The position numbers were made by a program, and so were the translations under genes. A DNA stretch of 64,000 bases from NCBI RefSeq assembly GCF_006345805.1, contig NC_043000.1, positions 161,324,001-161,388,000 on the forward strand, given 5' to 3'. A model generated the notes under the pieces. That model had not been told where the DNA came from, made no database searches, and was given only the letters and a program-made list of their open reading frames with translations. Shown here piece by piece: positions 55,026 to 64,000 of the stretch (position 1 is the stretch's first letter; every line of letters starts with the position of its first letter). This stretch comes from Octopus sinensis (taxonomy: Eukaryota).

Positions 55026-56944
55026 GTAAAAGGCAGAACCGTTAGCACTTCGGATAAAATGTTTAAGTGGCATTTCTTCCGGATTTACGTTCTGAGTACA
55101 CATTTTGCATTTCATCACTTCAGGGTTGATAAAATAAGTACCAGTAGAATACTAGGGTTGATGTAATTGATTTGCTCCTTCCCCGAAAATTTCATTCCTT
55201 GTGCATTTGGTAGAAAAGATTATATCATCATTATAATAAACAATTATGCTCTTTCCCAATTCTAGGAGTACATCCTATCCGCAAAGTCAGATCTTATGAA
55301 GAGAATGGGAACTGAAAAACAAAAATAAATAAATAAATAAATAATCGGAGACAGAAAAAGTTTAAAAATCCTTAATTTCAATGATAAAATTAAAAGCGTA
55401 TGTTTCATTTTACTAAACAATCCAACTTACACCAGAGTTCAAAGATGAAGATGATAATAATTACGAATTTCAGCTCTTCAAACAGGAAATATTACAAAGT
55501 TAAATAAAACTATAAATATAAAACGTTATAGCAGGGTATATATTATATTCCAATTATAAAACTATTTATTAAAATATAAACGTAAACATATATATATACA
55601 TGTATAAATAACCATATATATAGAGATACACACACACACATATATATATACACATAGACACGCATCCACATTTAAGTGTATATATATATATTTGCATGTG
55701 TGTGCATGAGTGTGTGTGTATGTGTGTATGACCGTGTGTTTGTATGTATATATATATATTATATATGTAAGCAGATGCATATTCTTAATATTTCACACAG
55801 TGTTACATGCAACGGAGCAGAAATTGAATTATGCCTACATAAACGCATAAGCATGTGTAGGATAATGTGTTTAGTTCTTTGCGTGTGGACGTGTGGATCT
55901 GATATTTCGTACAAGAATATTTACATATTTATATGCATACATGTATGCATAACTATGACTGAGTATATGTATACAGGTGTTCATATTTTTGAGTGGATGA
56001 TGTACATACTTTCTGTTTTCCATTATGTGTATGCATACACACACACGCTCACGCACAAACACACACATATATATATACACACACACTTATATATATATAT
56101 ATATATGAAATGCACACATATAAATACAGGCGTACATATGTACAGGAACGTGTGCGTATGTCCGTGTATTTAATACATGATATTTGCATCTATATATCTT
56201 CATACGTAATTGTTTGCTTTTTTAAATACTTACGCAAAAGCAATCTACCTATTTCATAAATACTTATATAACCAAATACACACGCTGAAGAGCACATACG
56301 GGTACACAAAAGAGAGGAAAGACAGAGACGGAGTGAGTGAAAGAATGAAAGAGTTTGGCATATAACAGTAATACACTCATAAGATTTCTTTTGGCTCTCT
56401 TATTACTTGCATCAGTTCCTGTAGTCAGTAGCAACGTACAACAAAAGAACAGCTTGATAATTTCCTCAATCTATTTTAAAAAGTTAAATTAAATTTCTCA
56501 TATACCGGAAAAGTTATTCTTCCTTCAAACCCAATATTTTCTACAGAAGGTAGGTTGGAGAAATTATAATTAAATATGAAGTAAATATAAGTGAACAGTA
56601 TTTGTAAAGGCGAAAATATTTATTACCTTGCCACCTAACACCGTGTCTTTGGATAACAAACGCCATATTCTGAGCATATAAGTCGTGTTGTATTTTCTAC
56701 ACCTGGCAATCCCTAATTTAATCCAGTTGGATAGAATAAGTAAAGCCAATTTCTTGTATACTACCATAGAGAAGAGAGAACATCGGAAGTGTGAGACGTT
56801 ATTAGTGTTGTTTTATTTAGCTCGAGGTTAGCCTTAGTCCTGCAGGTATATGATCAAAGCTATTGCTGCCATTTTTCCACAAGCAAGAAACCCCGAGCAG
56901 GCGTTCCAAATTATAAAACGGTATGTTATATTACATAATATATA

Positions 56945-57115
56945 TACATATATACGACGGGCTTCTTTCAGTTTCCGTCTACCCAATCCACTCACAAGGC
57001 TTTAGTCGGTCCGAGGCTATAGTAGAAGACACTAGCCCAAGGTTCCGCGCAATGGGACTGAATCCGGAACCATGTGATTTGTAAGCAAGCTACTTACCAC
57101 GAAGCCACTCCTAAT
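56945..57115 (-). mobile_element. 5' half of the tRNA/CORE-type SINE seen at 24372-24522
   Basis: tttcagtttccgtctac..tccactcacaaggcttt..gaggctatagtagaagacact..gggactgaatccggaaccatgtg aligns to 24372-24500. Confidence 0.8.
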
Positions 57116-57163
<48 letters not shown>

Positions 57164-57339
57164 GTTTAAATATTTGTTGTGCAAGATTTTTTATGTGAAA
57201 TCGTGTGTTGAAACAGATATTGTTGTATTTAGGAATGGTCATATTGCCAGTTTAGCCAATAAAAAACTCACGCACTATATATTTAGTGTTATTTTGCTTC
57301 AGTGTTATTTATTTTTTACATTAATCTTAATCTTATTTC

Positions 57340-57384
57340 GGCCAGAGTTCTTTCGTCACACTCCTGTGACCACATCAGTGGTCC
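57340..57384 (-). ncRNA. Minimal type I hammerhead-like motif at the 3' end of a Penelope element
   Basis: Minus strand: ggacca-CTGATGT-g-GTCAC-aggagt-GTGAC-GAAA-gaactc-tggcc. Stem II is perfect, A9 is changed to T, and stem I is CCA/TGG. Confidence 0.5.
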
Positions 57385-58445
57385 TTTGTTTTCTTCTTTC
57401 TTATTTGTGTCTCTCTTTACTAACCGTCAGCCATTTTGTATTTCTATTGTATGTCTTCAGTTGCGCATGCTTATATCTCTATGTGCGTTTATGTTTATTT
57501 AGTGTGTGTATGTGGGGGGATGCCTATAATATTTGTATCTTCTGTTTATATATGTTCATGTAATTTGTATTTTGTTTTTGTTGTTTTTGTTTATTCTTAT
57601 TTTGTTCATGTGTTTACATCCACTTATTATTATCATTACATATGCTTGTATGTATAACAACAATACTAGTAATAATAATAATAATAAATCGAATCAAAAA
57701 AAAAATTATAAATAAAAAAAATAATTAAAAAAATATATATATACATATATATATATAGTTATTTATTTCTATTAGTTTATTTATCTGTGTATTTATTATG
57801 TTTTCATGATCCTCTATCGTCATATGTTGTGGTGTGTGTTAGTGCTCCATTCTAGTTTTCTATTCAGGCTAGGTTTATTTTCTATTATGTGTGTAGCTTC
57901 TGTAATTTGTCTAATTGTTGCATCTGATCTATGTGTGGATAATATTTTAATTTCTATGTTATTGATTGATCCCCCGTGTTCCTGTTCGGCGTGTTGGTAC
58001 AGAATCGATGAGCTTTTACCTTCCTTGAGTTGTCTCCAATGCTCATTTACCCGCTCTCCTATGCTTCTTGCCGTTTCCCCTACGTATGTCGTTGTCTTGT
58101 TACTGCATCGTCCCTCTATACATCTTATACTATAGACTACATTTCTGGCTTTATAGTTTGTTTGTGGGCTAAATCTACATATAGTACAGTACTTATCCGT
58201 ACAGGGGGTTCTACTAAAAGGATAGGTTCTACCAATTATAAATTTGATAGGGTTGTCTGGCTTTTCAACAACCTTAATTCTTAGCTTAAGTTTGTCTAGG
58301 GTCCTTCTAAAGCGGTACGCCAGTTCACCTCCAGGGGTGGTGTCAACGAACATGACACTCTGGTATTTATGGCTATCATACCAAGAGTTGGCATTCCCTA
58401 GTTTCTTTTTTGTCCTTTCTATAGTACTGACATGCTTAGCAACGA
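57340..58445 (-). mobile_element. Penelope-like element 3' part with GIY-YIG endonuclease (open frame 57820..58353)
   Basis: C..KYCTIC..NVVYSIRC..TYVGETARSIGERVNEH..RQITEA..LNRKLEW is a GIY-YIG domain preceded by a Cys cluster. A hammerhead motif lies ~440 bp downstream. Confidence 0.88.
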
Positions 58446-61400
58446 CGTGGGGAGTTTCATATACATATATATGTGTCTATATATATATCTGTGTGTGTGT
58501 TTATGTATGACTGTATGTATATGATTATATGTGTGTGCATATATACATATATATACTCAAATATATATGGTCTAATCACAGGAGGTAGAGCAGTACCCAT
58601 GACCTTATTCCAAGTTGTCCAGGACGAGTGATGCAAAGTAAAAAGAACATAATCTACCTGCTTATCTATAAACTGTAGACATCCGAATGTTTGCAACAGA
58701 TTAGGTTCCACTAAGAGCACCCAAACATTATGTGGTTTTATTAAATTTGGTTGGATAAAGTCCACTAATCCAACACGCCTACGACTAAAAATGTTTCGTC
58801 GATGACTATCTCGTTTTTCGTTTCAGACAGAATTTCGAAAATATTGTTGAACTTGTATTTACTTCAACGCATCGGATAGGGTGCAATATGAGTGAGGTTT
58901 GGCTGTTATTTCTAATAATTCAAGGGACCATACAGAGGCTCCACGTTTGATTTGTATAGGAGTGGATTCGGTTGTATTTCTGGTTGTGGAGGGTCATTCG
59001 TCGGTTGTGTTTGCGTTGTAAGTCGTACTGAAATTTGAGTAAGGATTAGGGTTAGGGTTAGGTTAGAATTCAGTTGTAAGAGATTTTCTCTTCATCAAAA
59101 TTTATGAGGATTAGAAATCCATACTGCAACTCCACCCCCTTAAATCAGTTAAATCGTTATAGCCCCACTGTCTACAAATTAATTAAAGGTATGCACGATG
59201 ACGTTAATCATTTGATGTCTCCTGATTAAAGGTCTTTATAAACTGGTGATCCATCTGTTCTTGTTTCAGTTGTTTAACGCTAGCTTATTAATCAAACACA
59301 TATATGAACACGAGTATTCCGTCTATGACCAACTGATGAGACAAATCCTAGCAGTATGATATGATTGGAGGGTAATGTTGTTGCTTTTGGTAGATGTTTG
59401 AGGGATCAAGTGTACATTAGCTCAAGATACAGTTCGATCCTTCAGACTGAATACAAAGATGGATAGGGAGTGAATATATGAGATGGATCTTCATCGAGTG
59501 GATATAATTTACGATCACTGACAACAAAAACTTTAGGTCACATCAGCTATTTCGTTAAGGATTCTAGCAATTTCTAAGCCTTGTGATAACTTAGTGGTGT
59601 CAACAATGTATTGGATTTCACTGTTAGTTAATTAATACAGTCGAAAAGTGATATAAAACATGTAAAACCTGCAGCGGAAAGTAATTTATATGCTGTTTTT
59701 AATTTTCTGTATCAGTCATTAACCTACATCCTCTTTGGCCTTGTTTATTTTCCCGCCCATTTAGCTGTCACTTCACTACATGTTTACCAAAATTTTGCTT
59801 TCCTCACATTCTCTCAAGGCAAGAGCGCTTTGATGGATACCAATTTAAGACATTTTTATGACATTTGGTAATTATTTCGCTGACCTAAAGTAACAGCAGC
59901 GAATTCGAATGCAAAGTGTTTTAACAGGTGTCCAGCGAGCAGAATAGAAAACTTACTGACTTCGATTTTTAAGAAAGGTAATCGTCATTAATAAAATGGA
60001 CAGAATAGTTTTCCGAAAGTTCAATTCTAGGACTAACTGAAATATATCGAAACATATATTCTATGTTTATACAAAAGTAACATAAATAATGAATTCAAAA
60101 CAGAAATCCTTGTGTTTAGCTTTCTTCAATTCCTCCCTCCTCTCGTCATCATACACTTAACTTTTGTATTCTGTTTCTTTTTGGCGGTTTTCTGTAAGCA
60201 AGACACTCTACAATCAACGTCGCACGAATCACACAACCGTACTGCTGTATCTTGGTTGGATTCTCGATAGAAGTACTTTGTGATTGACAATTACTTTTTT
60301 AATGTAGAGATAAAGCTCAAAATGTTGAAAGAGACTCACTATAGATAGCAATGTTATTAGATACATAGATAAAGGAAGCTATTTTGTTTTTAGTTAATTA
60401 CCTAGTTGTCAATATGAAGATAAAAATACTTTCAACATACTTTTCTCATTTACGAGAAAGGAAGAAGCCAATCGCAGGAATACTTAAAATAACTTACGCA
60501 AATGGTACTTTTCTGGTTCCAGATTTCCTCTTTAGTTCGTGATTTTAGACAAACATATAGAAGGACCAAAGATCTATAAATAAGATAACAATAACAATTT
60601 TGCGATCTTTATTCCTTTCTTAATATATCAGGAACATAAGTGAAATAATCTCACGTAGTCTATTGCTCGAAAACTTAGTATTGTTATTACTGCACCCACA
60701 AAATAACTATATATATTACCAACGGCTGGACTAACAAGGGAATTCCTCTGCATGTGTGAGATTAGTGTTTTGGAAACAGCGTCCAAATCTCCGTCAAGTC
60801 GCACTTGATTCCATCAAGCCTTACTCTAACTTCTTAAAATAAAATTTTGCATATTTGACGATATGGAACATAATAAGCAAAACGATGAGATGGTTATAGC
60901 TGGAATGATTTTGGTATGTCTACTTGATCAGTACCGGTCTTGCACTAAATACCAACAACATGAACCCCACAAGAATCGATACAGTGGCTGGAAATAACAA
61001 GAATACCTCTACCGAAATTATTTCCAACCACCTTTGAAACATTACATCATATTCATGCATATATTATGTCTTGAATAAATGATGGGATGATCAGCGGTGG
61101 AACAGAGTTCATTATAGGTCTATAAACATGAGCAACAAACAACAACAAAACTACAATTTACTAGTATTAATGTATTTATATTAGGCATTTAACTATGATT
61201 ATGAACTGGGATATGAAAGGGAATAGTAGAAAGTCTTTAGCAGAAATTCATAGAGCTATATATTACTGCACCAGCTATAATTGGTGCAAATAGTTGACAA
61301 CACTTGCAGATATGTGAAAAACAAGATATTCAACTATGGCAACACTGTGCACATTCATGCAATACTATAGTGCTGTTGCATTAATGTGAAATGCCATGCA

Positions 61401-62439
61401 TATGCTATTGAATTTGCAAAACTGCTGCGTCAGTTAAGCGGATGCAGCAGACTGCGCATTACGTAACCTGAATACAGGCGACTCACAGGACTTTCTTTTC
61501 CTTTATTCCTCTATGCATGTATGTATGCATTAGTGCGTAATAATGTGCTGTGTATTCATACGTGCGTGTGTGTCTTCGTGACTATCTGTGTCTATGAATG
61601 TGCATGTCTGTGTGGGGAAGTGTGTGCGGTGTGGCGCGAGGTGTTGTGAGGAATGTGGTGGGAGGTGATGTGGGGATGTAGTGTGAGATGATGGGAGGCG
61701 GTGTGAGGTGGTTTGAGGAGTGGTGGGAGGGGCGGGATACGGGGTAGGTTGGGTGAGTGTGTCAATGATCTCTGTGAACAGCAATGAAACATTTTTGACC
61801 TATACTTTGGTTTTACGTATGTTACGGTGGTACATATCACTATTTGTGTGCATGATATATATGTGAGTGTGTTGGCGTATATAGGAAACTGAGGTTAAGT
61901 GTTAATGTGTGATGTGTGTTTAAGTGTGTATGTGTGCTTACAAGCTTTCGATATCTATATTTTGGGGTTGATAAAAAAAATCATTCGCCTTCATATATTA
62001 CTTATATATGTGCACCAATTTATGTGTACATATGCATGTATATATATATATGTATGTATGTTTGTGTCTATATATTTATATATGTATTCATGTGTATGTG
62101 TACGCATATTTACATACACACATTCACGTACACACAAATTCCCGCACACACACACATAACATGATGCATTTATACCTAGAAGATCTATAATACTCCACAC
62201 TGCACACGCTTGGCGAGTCCTGATCTATATGAATCGACTATGAGCTTTGAAAACATGCTTGTGTATCCCATACCCAAGGAAATCAACCTCTCTGACTCTT
62301 GCAGCTATTTCCCCACTGCGATCTCTACAGTAGTGGAAACATCAGCTAACGGTCACTTCCACCATAACATTGTTCCTTTCTTTACCCTTAATGATCACCG
62401 TAAAAATCCAGATCCTGTGGCGACATACTCTGCTTAATC

Positions 62440-62875
62440 ACCCACGAATGCCTTTGGTTGTGACATCAGCAAAGCTTTTAACCGTTTCTGACATAGGAAT
62501 CTCCAATGAAACTATCTATGAATTTCTTCCGTGTATTCTGTCTTAAAATCATTAGGTTGGATTAAGGTTGCGGTATGTTCTTGTATGTTGACGAAATTCA
62601 TTCCGTTTCTTACTCTATCTCCTATGATAGAGTTCGATCTTGTTCCTCCCACATTTTCTACTTGCTGATGCATCCAACAACAATCACACACTTATTCAGA
62701 ATACACTTCCTCTCATTCCCCTATAACATTCTCCAAACAGGTATTATCCACAGACAATCTGGACACGCCACGCCAAATAATACTATCTCCGGGTAGAAAG
62801 ACCTCAAAAGTATCCTCAAGTTGAAAGATGTGAATCTTGTCCCTTTCAACAGCAAGAAATCGCAATTGCTACTCA
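62440..62875 (+). mobile_element. Degraded CR1/L2-group RT fragment
   Basis: DISKAF.RF.HRNL (~62462), a degenerate ADD-like motif (~62663) and NLV.FNSKKSQLL (~62832) occur in RT order. Confidence 0.6.
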
Positions 62876-63679
62876 TATTTCGGTAACTTCGTTCTATCAA
62901 TGCCCACTTAATCATAAGTCCGTTCTTGCTCTTTGTATAATAAGAATATATTTAAGGTTTCAGATAGCAATATGCAGACAACCATACATAGAACACAAAC
63001 ATACATACATGCATACATATATACATGCATATATATATATATATATATACATACATACTTACATACATACATCTATACATACATACATACATACATTAAA
63101 GCAAATTCATGTGGAATTTATAGCTCTTGTACCCTGACTATGAATACTCAACTTTAGATACCATCATAGATGCATTCGGTTAGGTACCAGCAGATATGTA
63201 CAAAGAACTAGAAATATTCGGCTTCACGAAGAAGTTGGAAAATAAATTGACGTGGATTCTTCAAATGCAATCTGTTAGTGGCATACTGAAGAAGATTTGT
63301 AAGGTATTCCCCAAAATTCTCCATCTGAGACCTTTATGTGAATAGCTGCAACCACTAGGGTGTTCAACCAACACACCAACTCAAGACAGGGAACTCTCTT
63401 ATCTCGACAGATCTCTTTGTGCTTGATAGGGAACGGCTTGAATGCTCTCAAGAACCTAAATAAAACTCAAAGAAAAGTCATGCATACATACATACGTACG
63501 TACATACATACATACGTACATACATACATACATACATACATACATACATACATACATACATACATACATACATACATACATACATACATACATACAAAGA
63601 TACATACATACATACATGTTAGTAGAAAGCTCCGAGATGATAGTAACACTGATCATCAAAACAGTCTATCATGAATCAA

Positions 63680-64000
63680 CAACCGGGATACTACCTCCCA
63701 ATTTGAAGGGTTTGTGTTTGTAAACTAGGAACAAAAAATATCAAGCAAATACCTGATGCATGAAAGAGACAGAGATGCAAGAAAAGCAGTAAAATGTGAC
63801 AACGGATGCACACTTTGCGGAGTTAACACCGAAGATATCATCCACATTATAAGCTGTCGTCCGAAAATGTCATCATGGTTAATATATACCGATGAGAAAT
63901 GATGTTGTAGCTAGGGCACTCTGTAATGAGATCCATCCAAATGATAACCCTGAGGACGAAGAAATTAGGACTCACAGTATAGTAATAAAAAGGAGTATTG
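63680..64000 (+). mobile_element. Degraded RLE-type LINE C-terminal region running off the window
   Basis: TSQFEGFV, GCTLCGVNTEDIIHIISC (CCHC knuckle) and RNDVVARALCN (RHD motif). A (TACA)n array lies upstream at 63480-63615. Confidence 0.65.

Noticed and set aside
59043-59066. ttagggttagggttaggttag telomere-like motif
   Set aside because: Only about three imperfect units, too short to call an interstitial telomere.

Overview
AT-rich, repeat-saturated eukaryotic window. The SINE families, dense microsatellites and LINE mix strongly resemble an octopus (coleoid cephalopod) genome; this assignment is inference. No host protein-coding gene, rRNA or true tRNA could be identified, and every recognisable coding segment is transposon-derived. 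Main contents: (1) a young, GC-rich, 5'-truncated Tx1-clade LINE (1970-5440, minus) sitting in phase inside a (GATA)n array and lacking a poly(A) tail, plus a much older relative at ~17.2-17.9 kb; (2) R4/Dong-type RLE LINEs in (TAA)n arrays, including a stack of six same-orientation 3' fragments at 38.3-43.7 kb; (3) a near full-length degraded Naiad-like Penelope element (34.07-37.67 kb) with two direct pseudo-LTRs carrying hammerhead-ribozyme remnants, and a second GIY-YIG Penelope family with its own hammerhead motif; (4) many tRNA-derived SINEs, some in inverted pairs; (5) a ~140-bp inverted duplication with an 81-bp perfect core; (6) mariner, CR1-like and Helitron/Helentron remnants. Coordinates of degraded repeats are approximate. 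All alignments and translations were done by eye.
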